A DNA stretch of 64,000 nt from Octopus sinensis (Eukaryota), in assembly GCF_006345805.1 (NCBI RefSeq), contig NC_042999.1, forward strand, positions 128,836,001-128,900,000, read 5' to 3'. The notes under the pieces are model-generated. The model saw nothing but the letters and a program-made list of their open reading frames with translations, ran no database searches and was not told the origin of the DNA. Position 1 is the first letter of the stretch; the number at the start of each line of letters is the position of its first letter. Below are positions 24,903 to 37,303 of this stretch, piece after piece. Position numbers and translations under genes: made by a program.

Positions 24903-25664
24903 AGCAACAATAATTCTCCAAACGAGATACAGACAGCAACTGCTCCATAACAAAAGGGACATTAGCCATTTGAATGTGGCTAGGGACAGGGCAGGGCGGT
25001 GGGGGTGTTACTGATGCATTTAGCCCCAGGCGATCATCAACGTCACCAGATAGGCCCGACACCATCACGGTGTCCTCTATCCCGCAAAGGGAGATCATTC
25101 CCCGAAGAAGCGGATGCCACATACGGACCCAGGTTTCAAGGTGTTTGCCGGGGAATGATCTCCCTTTGCGGGATAGAGGACACCGTGATGGTGTCGGGCC
25201 TATCTGGTGACGTTGATGATCGCCTGGGGCTAAATGCATCAGTAACACCCCCACCGCTCTGCCCTGTCCCTAGCCACATTCAAATGGCTAATGTCCCTTT
25301 TGTTATGGAGCAGTTGCTGTCTGTATCTCGTTTGAAGAATTATTGTTGCTGTCGAGCAGATTTTTGAGGTCAGTAAATGTATTTACGTGAAAATCTATAT
25401 ATAAATATCCTGCACAGAGAGTCGTTCGTCGAGGGGCGGTGCCTACCATACGTTGACGAGAGGCAAACACCTTGAAACCTGGGTCCGTATGTGGCATCCG
25501 CTTCTTCGGGGAATGATCTCCCTTTGCGGGATAGAGGACACCGTGATGGTGTCGGGCCTATCTGGTGACGTTGATGATCGCCTGGGGCTAAATGCATCAG
25601 TAACACCCCCACCGCCCTGCCCTGTCCCTAGCCACATTCAAATGGCTAATGTCCCTTTTGTTAT
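24903..25664 (+). mobile_element. Candidate retrozyme / non-autonomous hammerhead-carrying retroelement: 358-bp unit, inverted partial copy + about 1.4 direct tandem copies
   Basis: CGGGGAATGATCTCCC recurs at 25149 and 25507 (period 358). 24903-25149 is an inverted partial copy. The copies are almost identical, GC-rich, non-coding and flanked by (TA)n on both sides. Confidence 0.8.
25436..25501 (+). ncRNA. Type I hammerhead ribozyme (minimal stem III, U3 variant)
   Basis: GCGGTGCC-TAC-CATACG / TTGACGA / GAGG-CAAACA-CCTT / GAAA / CC-TG-GG / TC^ / CGTATG-T-GGCATCCGC. Stem I CATACG:CGTATG is extended past an internal loop. Stem II is 4 bp. Predicted cleavage is after GTC at 25485. Confidence 0.8.
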
Positions 25665-26173
25665 ATATATATATAGATATATATATATATATATATATAC
25701 ACACAATGTATCACATCAGTTTTACTTGGGCTAGTGATGACAGATCAAAGATATATACAACATGAGACTGAATGTTAATTTTATACCAATACTTTTTTTA
25801 AAACCACCACTACATTTGATCATACATATTATTTATTTAAACAGGATAATTTTTAAGGTTGTGAGCCAATATAGCCTCATTGAAATTAGGTTACTTGCTA
25901 GTCCCTCCCTCTTTCTCTCGCTCTCTCTCTCATTCTCATTATTGTTATAGTATAGATTACTGTATCTAGTGGTTATACAAACCAAATTTTTCAAAATCAC
26001 GATTATTTTTAATCTCTACTCAATCTCCCATTGGTGGTATGTACAATACACATTGTGCATATTAGATGAAAGGAAGATTTTGTAGGTTTTTTTTTGAAAA
26101 GCTGTGTCCAGTAGCTATCTTGAGTATTTTGTTGAGAGCTGTATTTTTCACAGCGTGTTATTAAAGCCCTACA

Positions 26174-26850
26174 ATGCTGCCCAGACACCCTACACCTTTT
26201 AAGGCTTCTTGCAGGGAACCTAAGCACCAGAAAAAGGTTATGACACTCCATGCGAAGGTACAACTGCTGGATATGTTCTGGGAAGGTAAAAGTTATGCTG
26301 CAGTAGGTCACTGTTATGTTGTCAACAAAAGCACCATACGCTACATAAAGAAGGAGATGGCAATCAGGACTACCGTAGCAGTAAGTTTTTATGAAAGTGT
26401 CAAAAAGATAGTGATAGTGAGAAATAAGCACTTCATCAAGATGGAATCTGCCTTGGCATTGTGGATCAGTGACTGTAAGTAAAAAAAAACATCCCCTTGA
26501 ATGGTAACATCATTCATGAGACAGCACTGAAATTATACTAGCAGTTCAATAGAGGAGACAGAGCAGAAGGTACCAAAGAACCACAACCAAGACCATTGAT
26601 AGCTTCAGTACCTGAAGATTTTCAAACCAGCAAGGAATAGTTTGACCATTTTCAGAAACAGTTTAAAATAAAATGTGTTTTCCAGCATGAAGAGACAACA
26701 TCAGCTGACAAAGAAGGCACCAAGAAGTACCTTGAAACCTTCAGGCAGATCATCAAGGACAAGGGTTACAAGCTGGAACGAGACTGGCTTGTTCTTCGTC
26801 CATCATGAAGGACGAAGCCACAGACCCAGGATTTAAGAATGACAGAGTGA
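26174..26850 (+). pseudogene. Tigger/pogo (TIGD1-like) transposase N-terminal remnant (CENP-B-type HTH domains)
   Basis: KKVMTLHAKVQLLDM..GKSYAAVG..NKSTIRYIKK, MESALALWISDC and FQTSKE*FDHFQKQF, with stops. A possible element 5' end (CAGTGTACTCCCACTTACTTGTGGTTCAGCATTC) lies at about 24482. Confidence 0.8.
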
Positions 26851-26852
26851 TC

Positions 26853-27805
26853 CAATCAACCGCAGGCAACATTTTTACATTTAAGAACCTAGCAGGGCCG
26901 CCATCCAGGCCCCGACGGATAGTGTCTTCTATCCACTTGGCCTCTATACCAGGTGGCAGCCCACACACCCAGACTCTTGTCAACTTTCTATTGCCATAAG
27001 TAGGGAGAAACAAAATTTTCTCCCCCTCCAAAGGCATGCTCGCAAAATCATGAGCTTCTGCAGGGGTGTCAAAAAGTACACACACAGTTCCATACTTCGC
27101 ACCCCTGCAGATAAACCTAACAGTTGGCAGATATTCTGCCAACTCCTCCTCAATTTCTTTCTCAGAGAAGACCTTGATGGTGTCAAGGACCCTGGAATAG
27201 GTCCTGAACAACACCGTTCTCTCTGTATAATTTTTTAACCATTCTTTGGGGGCCAGAATTTGCCACTCCAAAGTGGATTTCCCAGTTGCCATGTTGATAG
27301 CCAAAACAAAAATAAAAATCCATAAACAAAAATCAAAATTTTTAAATGAAAGTCTATAAAGAAACTCAAAAAAAGATCAGAAAGAGCAAAGGAAGATAAT
27401 CCAAAATGGCAACACAACGCAACACAATTCTGCTACTCTGGTAAGCCAAACTGGTAGTCCTTTGCAGTACAAATAGTATTCCGTCCAACTCTGGCTGTAC
27501 TCCTATCCTTTATGGTAAAGATCCACTTGAAAGGGCACAAACACAGTCAGAAAATTCCAAAAAATTTTAGGATGGACACTCCTCCCGAAAACACACACAA
27601 TTCTCACTAAAATGTGAGTCTTTTAGTATGTCTGGAACCCAGTGGAGACTCTTGTTCGAAAAAATAATAACCATATGGACAACAGACTTCATTAAGCTCC
27701 CCAAAAAAACAAATGCTTTACCTGTGGTCGTGCTTCAAATGTTCAATTTTTCACATATGACGTGACTTCCACCGCGATGAAAAACAACGCCACAACTTGG
27801 TCGCA
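26853..27805 (-). mobile_element. 5' end (5'UTR + start of ORF1) of an L1/Tx1-like LINE
   Basis: ORF 26753-27304 has an RRM-like ORF1p pattern (GTVCVLFDTPAEAHDF...PTYGNRKLTRVWVCGLPPGI). It is open until it runs into Tigger sequence near 26850 and is preceded by about 500 bp of UTR-like sequence. Confidence 0.6.
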
Positions 27806-28642
27806 GTAAGCAAGCTACTAACCACACAGACACTCCTGTGCCTAGTGAAAAAAATTTTGAAAAGTCCCCATCAAAACAGAGAAAAGCCACCTTATGTTGG
27901 TGTGCTATTCTGAAAGTTTGATAAGGCATTCTTTTGTAAAAATTACCCAGCAATCATAGGATACTCAGGGTAGTGTGTGTGTGGTGTGTGTGTGTGTGTG
28001 TGGTGTGTGTATGCATATGCACACGCATACATATATACATACATAGTTACACTTGAATGCTTATATATTTACTTAAGTACAGTCTCGATCGTGTAAGTAC
28101 ATCTCACTAATGTAGTAATTGTGTAAATATATATCTTAAAAACACATTTATATAATACACTTCCTGTCATCAATCGAAATCTAATCTGTTTCCTTCCATA
28201 ACTGTATTTTTTCAATAAACTTATACTGCAAATATATCTAAAAAAACAATAAATATCGAACCATCAATGCTAACACCAAATTTCAAATAAAACGAAATAA
28301 CAAACCACTATCAACAACCTCTAAGAAATTGGAATCACTAAGCTCCTGATTTCTGTCTGATCACATTTACTTTTAGAAAATCCATGGCTAGCATGTTATA
28401 CATTTATTTATCTGTCTTTCAGAAATACAACTGCCCTTTAGTTTCTGAAGCTGTATTCCTAATTAACATTAAGAAACCTCTGGAATGGTCATTGAAAAGT
28501 CTCTTATCTCATCTCAAGATTACATTTATTTCTATTAGAAATTGATGTCAGCAGCAAATAGGAGCTTTGCTTCCTGTTGTAAAATAAATAGATAAGAAAT
28601 GAAAAATCAACAAGAACATGTATTATTGTTTAGTATATTATG

Positions 28643-28644
<2 letters not shown>

Positions 28645-28691
<47 letters not shown>

Positions 28692-28761
28692 CATACATGT
28701 ATATATATATATATCATATATATATATATATATTCATATATATATAATATATATATATATA

Positions 28762-28803
<42 letters not shown>

Positions 28804-28947
28804 TATATACATGTATGTATATGTGCATATATATATATATATACATATACATACATGTATATATATATATATACATATATACATTATGCATATATATATA
28901 TATACACACACATACATATATGTGCACATGTATGTGTGTATGTGCAC

Positions 28948-28990
<43 letters not shown>

Positions 28991-29153
28991 ATATGAGTGT
29001 GAGTGTGTGTGTGTGTGTGTGGAGAAAGAGAGAGATACATACATACTTATAAATGCAGACACAAATCTGTGTGCATACACATGTATGCATATATATGTAC
29101 ATATGTGTATGTGTTCACAAATACACACATACACACAAACACAAATGTGTGTG

Positions 29154-29195
<42 letters not shown>
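28645..29195. repeat. Compound (TA)n/(CA)n/(TG)n microsatellite field (representative; similar fields at about 4810-4960, 18050-18460, 35190-35640, 54900-55050 and 57120-57930)
   Basis: Directly visible dinucleotide and tetranucleotide runs. Confidence 0.95.
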
Positions 29196-29199
<4 letters not shown>

Positions 29200-31363
29200 C
29201 ATCGTTTTTGATAGAGATATATTCAAGTAGTTTAATGTTTGGAATCACATTAAAGAAGCTTAGCTTCTTTAAAGATGATGTAAAATCAATGACAACTTAT
29301 ATTTCCAAATGTTTCTAAAGAATTTGATGCTGACATGAAAGAAAACTTTTAGTTGTTTCTTAACTTCCTTACCATTTCTTTTAATTTCTTTTATTCTATT
29401 AAATTTTATTTTTTCCTTTATCTTGTTCAACATGTTTTTTTTTAAACCCTCTCTACTAAGAAAGAAGTCTTAGAATTTTTGAGTTGTTAAGCAAATGCAA
29501 GAAGAGTAAATAAAATGATTAAATATAATATTACTTATGAAATATAATCAATGTTTAAAGTACTCTGTCATGAAATCAACTAAAATTTATTTCAAGGAAA
29601 GTAATTCTAAGTAATAGTGACAGAGCTGTAGTATCAATCTTCATTATTTTTGACACTAATTCAATACCTTTAGATACATGATATCACTTAGAAATCAATT
29701 TTTGAAAAAAAAATTATTCTTTGGTTTGTATTTAAGTATGATTTTTAGAGTGAAGAAACTTGACAAACTTGATCAGAGGTTGTATATGGAAATTGAAACA
29801 ACTGCAAATGTGTCACAATACCCATTTAAATTCTTTTGATACCAACCTATCTGAGACCATCCCTGTTTCTATGATACAAACATTCAGTTTTATAGTGATC
29901 TTAAAATGTTTTAAATGCCAGCATAATAATAATGTTTTCAAATTTTGGCGTGGGGTGATTAGTTTTTGAGGAGGAGGGGGAAGTTGATTACATCAGATTG
30001 GGCCCTGTACTGACTGGTACCCTGAAAGGAAAGGCAAAGTCAACTTTGGTGGAATTTGAACTCAGAATGTTAAGAAGGATGAAATGCCACTAAGCATTTT
30101 GCCCAGCATGCTTATGGTTCTGCCAGCTCACTGCCTTAAATACCAATGCAATAATGAGAAAGTTAATTTACTAAATTCTTGGTAACAGATGCAGGCATGG
30201 CTGTATGGTAAGAAGTTTGCTTCCCAACCACATGTTTTCAGGTTCAGTCCCACTGCACAGGTGAGAGAATTTGGCAGATAGAAAGAAGCCTGTCATATGC
30301 ATGTGTGTGTGTGTACATGCGCACATGCATGTATGTATATACTTGTGTTTGTCCTCCACCACCACCACCACCACCTGACAACCAATGTTGGTTTGTTTTC
30401 CCTGTAGTTTTGCAGTTTGGCAAAAGAGACTGACAGAATAAGTACTAGGCTTAAAAAATTAAGTTCTGGGGTCAAATTGTTAAACTAAACCTTTCAGGGT
30501 TGTGCTCCAACATGGCCATAGTTCAATGACTGAAACAATTAAAAGATAAAAACTTGAAAAATATTCAATAAATTAAAACAAATACAATATATTTCAACAG
30601 AAATATGTCAACAAAAAAGGTTAAAACACATACTGTTTTGTTCACTTTTCTTCTATTTTTTGATAATATTGTATACTATGGAAGAAGTATTCTTAAGCTG
30701 ACAAACACCAGACCCCATCAAAAGATTATTGTTTAACCTTTTAGCATTTAGATTACTCTGTCAAATGTAATGCTTATTAATTCACAATGTTTTGAATTGA
30801 TCATGCATTATCTCAGTGATTTGAGATCTTGATGATGTAAGCATTAATTTTTAGCATGGCAGTGTAGGGTAGGTGTGACATGTAGAATATTTTGACCAGA
30901 TATGGCCAGTTTAAATGCTAAATGGCATACTAACAATTTTGCCAGCTTGCCACCATAAAGGTACATATTAAGATATACTTACTTATGAGTTATAGGTAGC
31001 TGTACTTTAAAATAACAGCTTTCTATATTTTTACCTTTATATCATAGCTCTTTATTTTTATATAACTTTCCATGCAGAGTGCACCAATAATAATTTTATT
31101 TGATATTCAGTGCACCACATAGTCAAGAAGAATGAGAAGTATTGCTCTATTGTTTTATTTAGTTATAGTGTCTGTCCTTCGTTATCTGACAACTACAAAC
31201 TGCTTTATACTATCTATAATAATACTGTTATAGCTGCTGCTTCTAATACATGTATCTATGTACAACCTGTATATGATGTTTTCCTTGTGTGCATCACACT
31301 ATACAATTTCAGGCAAACTTTCTAATCAGTTTTTAATATTTTTCTTTTTAACTGTAGTTTATA

Positions 31364-31411
<48 letters not shown>

Positions 31412-32434
31412 TGTGTGTGTGTGTGTTTGTGTGTGTGTGCGTGTGTGTACATGTGTTGTTCGTGTGTGGGTACCTGTGAGTTTTGTGTGAGCATTTGTGT
31501 TTGTATGTGTGTGAAATACAAAGGGCTAAGTGGTTAAAAAGTTTGCATTTCAGCCAAGATATTCCTTGTCCAATCCTACTATTTGGACATTTCGGACAAA
31601 TATCTTCTACATAGACTAAGTTAACTCAATCTTTGTGAATGAAATTGTGAAGATGGAGAATGGACAGAAGTCGAGTCTATTAGACAGATGATATCTGAAA
31701 TTACACACACAGTATCTTGCTTAGTTTCTTTTAGAATTATAATAAGGATACAAGTATATGTGAAACACTTTGTCATTTAAACTATGCAATATGAATAGGA
31801 TGTGCTGGTGATATCTATCATTGAAACTCATACATGATCCATTCATTCATTCATTTAATGTATATGCATTTGTGTATTTGTGCGCATGTGTGTGTGTGTG
31901 TGTGTGTGTTTGTGTGTGTGTGTGCTGCTTGCTATAACAAAGGAAGCATTGTTTTGCATATTTGTTTCATTCTTTATATTTTTATCTTTATTCTTGCATT
32001 GTGCTATTGTCCCATGTGAATTCTTCGTATTTACAGTAACAACAACACTCAGAAAAAAACAAAAAAAAAACAGCAAAAGGCTTACCTCTTTTTAATCTTT
32101 CATGGTTTATATCATGGAAGCACGTTACTCATCCTGGTTCTGACATTCATTGCTGGTACAGTCCCAGTATAACAAATATTGACCTTTTCCTCAAACTGAA
32201 TTATCAAAACAAACAAACACAAATATATGAATAAATACATGATTCAATGCTTGCATTTGTCTTCCTATTGCTTTATTGCATTTTCTTAAAAGAGTAAAGA
32301 AATGATATGAATGGTAAACCTCTGATTGTTTCTTATTGTAAGTGGTAATTTCAGCTGAAGGCAACTTTGTCTTCCATACTAAAATTAGGTGTTAAGATTT
32401 ATAGAATTTCTTCCTAATTGTGAACTTGTTTTAA

Positions 32435-32654
32435 CCCCGTAACATTTAGATTACATTGTCACATGTAGCGCTTATTTATTCACATTGTTTTGAATTAATC
32501 ATACATTATCTCACAGCTTGGAGATTTCGATGAAGTGATTGCTTATTCTTAGAATGACATTGTCAGGTAGGTGTGAGAGGCCAGATCTGGCTGGTTTGAG
32601 CATAAAACAGGTAGAATATTAGAGCTAGATATGACCAGTTTAAATGCTAAAGGG
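32435..32654. mobile_element. piggyBac-type MITE family 2 (other copies at about 30737-30925, about 52170-52386, partial about 36120-36220)
   Basis: TTAA at 32431-32434 and 32655-32658. TIRs CCCCGTAACATTTA / TAAATGCTAAAGGG. Bodies are colinear among copies. Confidence 0.85.
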
Positions 32655-33654
32655 TTAAAATAAGAAATTCATATCTTATTCTCTACATTATGTGTGAAAG
32701 TTCGTGAGACACAGGTGTGGCTGTGTTGTAAGAAGCTTGCTTCCCAATCACATGGTTTCAATTTCATTCCTACCTTGGGCAAGTGTCTTCTACTATAGCC
32801 CAGTCCAACCAAAGCCCCATAAGTGGATTCAGTAAATGGAAACTATATATTAGTCTGTTGTGTGTGTGTGTGTGTGTGTATGTGTGTGTGTGCATGTGCG
32901 TGCATGTGTGTGTGTGTGTGCATGTGCGTGCGTGTGTGTGTGTGTGTGTGTATGTGTGTTTGTCTTTGTATCTGTGTTCATTCCTCGCCGTTGCTTGACA
33001 ACGAGTGTTGATTTGTTTACATTTCTGTAACTTAGCAGTTCAGCTTATGAGACTGAAAGAATAAATGTCAGGCCAAAAGAAATGTATTGGCATTGATTCA
33101 TTTTACTAAAACCCCTCAGTGCATTGCCCCAGCACGGCCACAGTCCAGTGACTGAAATAAGACACAAAAGGCACAAAGAATTTCAGTCTTCTGAATGTGT
33201 AGGCATTTGCTTTTTGAGTAAAGTAGTACAAAAGGCAATGTCCTTTTTATTGACAAGAGCCGCTTAAGAAAAAAAAAACATTGCTTTCTTGTATAATGGC
33301 AGTAAATTTAATTAAATTGAATAAAATGGTTATTTGCATAATTTTCTAATAAAACAGACTATTATCCAAACTATTTTAAGAGCAAGAATTGCACATTGCT
33401 GCACCTAATATCTATGACAACAATGACCAAAAGAGACAGGCTAGCAATATGAGAAAATCTCATAAAAATCTCATAAAACTTAAGTTAAAGGCAAAAATGT
33501 AGCTGAGTGCTATATAACTGAATAAGTTTACAATTTTGATTAAATATTTTCTGACAAGATCACAAATTGTAATGACTATAAATTTTAGTATCTAATTTGG
33601 TATGAAAGACAAAGTTGCCTCCAACAGAATTTGAACTTACAATATATAATACAG

Positions 33655-34075
33655 GTGCAGGTGTGACTATGTAGTAAGAAGTTTGCTTCCCAACCACATG
33701 GTTTTAGGTTCTGTCCCACTGCACCTTGGACAAGTGTCTTCTGCTATAAGCTCCAGGCCAAGTGAGGCCTTGTGAGTGGATTTGGTAGATGGAAACTGAA
33801 AGAAACCTCATCATGTAAGTGTTACTGTCTCCTTGCCTTGGCATTGCATAATAGTTGTGAGCAAGTGTCACCATCACACAAATGGTTCCCTTCATTTCCA
33901 CTCTGCCATGAGAAAACATGTCTGGTCATGGGGGAAATATAACCTTACTTAGAAACAGGTGAGTGCTGGTAACAGGAAGAGTATCCAACCATAGAAAACC
34001 TACCTCAACACATTCTGTCCAACCCATGTGTGCATGGGAAAGCGGATGTTAAAACAATGATGATAATTATGATGA
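33655..34075 (+). mobile_element. SINE with family A head and RTE-LINE-derived 3' tail (other copies at about 38205-38590, and about 7470-8200 split)
   Basis: The head matches 3765 onward, the middle is different, and it ends CCCATGTGTGCATGGGAAAGCGGATGTTAAAACAATGATGAT like the RTE terminus. Confidence 0.8.
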
Positions 34076-35094
34076 GGAGTAGGAGGTGGAGAAGGAAGAG
34101 GAAGACTGTAGAGGAAAGAAATGACCAGATACCTACCATTCCTATAATTTCTTTACTTATTTGAGAAAGTATAATCGATACCTATTTATTTATTTATTTA
34201 TTTATTCATTCATTCATTCATTTTAACCTTACATAGTTGCTAAAAGAAAATAATGATATCTGTCATATACTGGAATATGAGCTTAAATATCTAACCATAT
34301 CTGGCTCATAAAATATGTAGGTAATGATGGGTCAGATTTCTGTTTCTTATTGTCTGGCTAGTGACACGTTTAATTCCCAGTTGCTCTTACTCATCTCACT
34401 TACACACTACTTTTCAGACATTCAACAAATCATTCTCTCTTGATTTATTTTTAATCTCTACCAATCTTCCATATTCAGTATCGATCTCTCTGTCGTGCAG
34501 CATCATGCTTTTTATGTTTGTTTCATGCAATCTGCCTTCAGCACGGTCATGAAACCGTTTGTTGTTAACTGATGCAATTATGGACCTTCAACCTCTTCCT
34601 TGCTCTAGCAACTTTGCTTTTACTGCATCCCACTTCAAACACTAATTAGGTCACCTGTGTTACTTTCTATGTGACTATGTCTAACGGGTCAAATGAAATT
34701 TTTATGCTTTTCATTTCTTGGGTTGCAGCTACTGCTAGCTTTTATTGTTGTATCTCAAGTCTTGATTTCTATTAGTCTGCCAGAGATACCACTATCTTAG
34801 CAAAGGGCGCACAGTATTAAGTACCTGAGTACCTAGCTACTCTTTACTGTATACCAAACATTAGGATGATACTAAAATCCTTTGCTCTCTTTTGTTGTTT
34901 ATTATTTTGTTAGTTTTCTATGTTGATTATTTGGCTATTTGGAATCTAAGCTATGTGTTCAAGTTTAGAACATTTCTTTTTCTGCAATCTTTCAACAAAT
35001 TTTGCTCTGGGAATAAAGTTATCAATATTAAAAAATCGTTTGCTGTACACTTGTGTTCTTGCTTCAAGAACAATAATAAATAGAAAGACTTGAA

Positions 35095-35182
35095 AAGAGA
35101 TCCCTGGTGAACACCCACCTGTACATTAAAATCCTCACTAAACTCATTGCCAGCTCTAACCTTGCTAAGAGCACCCATACAA
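35095..35182 (-). mobile_element. Decayed RTE RT fragment (probably extends to about 34330)
   Basis: Translates as SKVRAGNEFSEDFNVQVGVHQGS, homologous to SKVRVGNMYTEEFKVEVGVHQGS in the RTE at 20640-21398. Confidence 0.7.
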
Positions 35183-35218
35183 AAATATGTGTGAGAGAGA
35201 GAGAGAGAGAGAAAGAGG

Positions 35219-35284
<66 letters not shown>

Positions 35285-35410
35285 GAAAGTATGTTTGAGT
35301 TTAAATAAGTACAGAAATATAATTTTCTCTGTGTCTGCCTCTGTCTTTCCCCCTCTCTCTTTCATGTATATATATATATATATATATATATATGCATATA
35401 TATATATATA

Positions 35411-35452
<42 letters not shown>

Positions 35453-35464
35453 TATATATATATA

Positions 35465-35506
<42 letters not shown>

Positions 35507-37236
35507 TATCTATGCATATATACATACATACATATATATATATATATTTATATATTGATATATATTGATATATGTATATATACATATACACACACTCACA
35601 TACATACAAACATACACACACACACACACACATATATATAGGTCAATAGCTGTTTTTCAGCTAATGTTTTTAGCAAATCCTAGGAACTAGTGTATAAATC
35701 CACTCACTCACCCTCCATCACGAATGTCATTACCTTACTAACATTGAATTATGAACAACTATAATTATTGTCTTCAACCATTGAGGAAAGCAGATTATCC
35801 TGTATTGTTATTAGATTATTGTTATTATAATAGATTAATAATTATTTTCTGCAGGGCAATGGAAACGACTGAGACACTATAGTACGTAACTATGTATTGT
35901 TTTATTGTAGTTTGTTTGACATCTCACTGTTTCTACATTTATATCCTTCCAGGGCTTCGTTAAAATAAGTTCCAGAAGTATATTGAGATTGTTTCAAACA
36001 CTTGGTTTTGCTGTCTAGTGAAAAAAAAAACAAAAATCAAAAAAAAAAACCCAGAAAATCAATAGTTGATTCTTAGCATTGAGGTCACAAATTAGGAGGA
36101 AGGAAACAAAACAATCACATCATTGAAATCTCGAAGCTATGAAATAATGCGTGATCAATCAAAAACAATGTGAACAAATAAGCATTACATTTGACAGAGT
36201 AATATGAATGCTAAAGAGTTAAACTGACGTAGTACTTGACCACTACTTTATTTCATTGACCTTAGAAGGACGAAAGCAAAACTGAACTCAACAGTATACC
36301 CAGTAGCTGAACATACAGAAAAATCATCATTATTAGATATTGAGTTCAGATTTTAGAACAAGGCCAGTAATTTTGAGAGAGGTGATAAGTCATCTACATT
36401 GATCCCAGTGTTCAATTGGTACTTGTTTTATCAACCCCAAAAGATGAAAGGCAAAGTTGCCCTCGACAGAATTTGAACTCAGAATGTAAAGTTGGATAAA
36501 ATGCTACTAAGCATTTTGCCTTGTGTGCTAATGATTCTGCCAGCTTGCTGCCTTAAAAGCAAGCTGCATTGATAAAAAAGAATCATAATTATATATTGCA
36601 AGGCATTTTGATATTTAGTTACAGCCCTTTCTTTTCTGAGCTCAAATCCTGCTGAAATGAAATTTGTCTTTCATCTTCCCAGGGTCAATAAAATCAGTAC
36701 CAAAAATTTACGATTCTGCCTGACAACTGTGTTTTTTATTATTCAAAACAAGTCATCTTTGCTGCCTGTTCAAAAGAAATCCACATCACCTGAAAGTCAA
36801 TGGAAATGATGTGGATAGAATAGTCAGATTTTGATGCATTAGGGTATTTAGATTCATGCCTTGTAGTAATGAGTCCAAATCGATCTGAGATCAAGTTTAT
36901 CTTTCATTTTTCCAAAGTCAATATCACCATGCATTTATTAATATTGTAATAAGCACTAATATTATGTAAATATTCTGAGGTTGAGTCAATTAATTCAGTC
37001 AGCCAACTGTTTGCCTGTCATATACAAAAAAGGGCATTAAACACAATGGTTTCCTCCTATCAAATCATTTTATCCATTTATTCATTCATGAAGTTCGTTA
37101 TTCAGCCCTTCACTCATTAACTTTTCCAGTCATTGAAACATTTATTCAATGACATATTCATCCATTCTTTCACTCACATACCCCTTTCCTCATAGAATAT
37201 ATAATGTGAGCACATTGGTGGTATTGGTCAGTGAAT

Positions 37237-37303
<67 letters not shown>

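Noticed and set aside
24877-25734. Six overlapping ORFs with identical peptides on both strands
   Set aside because: A by-product of the GC-rich inverted/tandem repeat. There is no protein motif, and the RNA structure explains the sequence better.
28599-29318. 239-aa ORF and the many [16 protein letters not shown] ORFs throughout the window
   Set aside because: These are translations of (TA)n, (CA)n and (TACA)n microsatellites, which lack stop codons; they are not genes.
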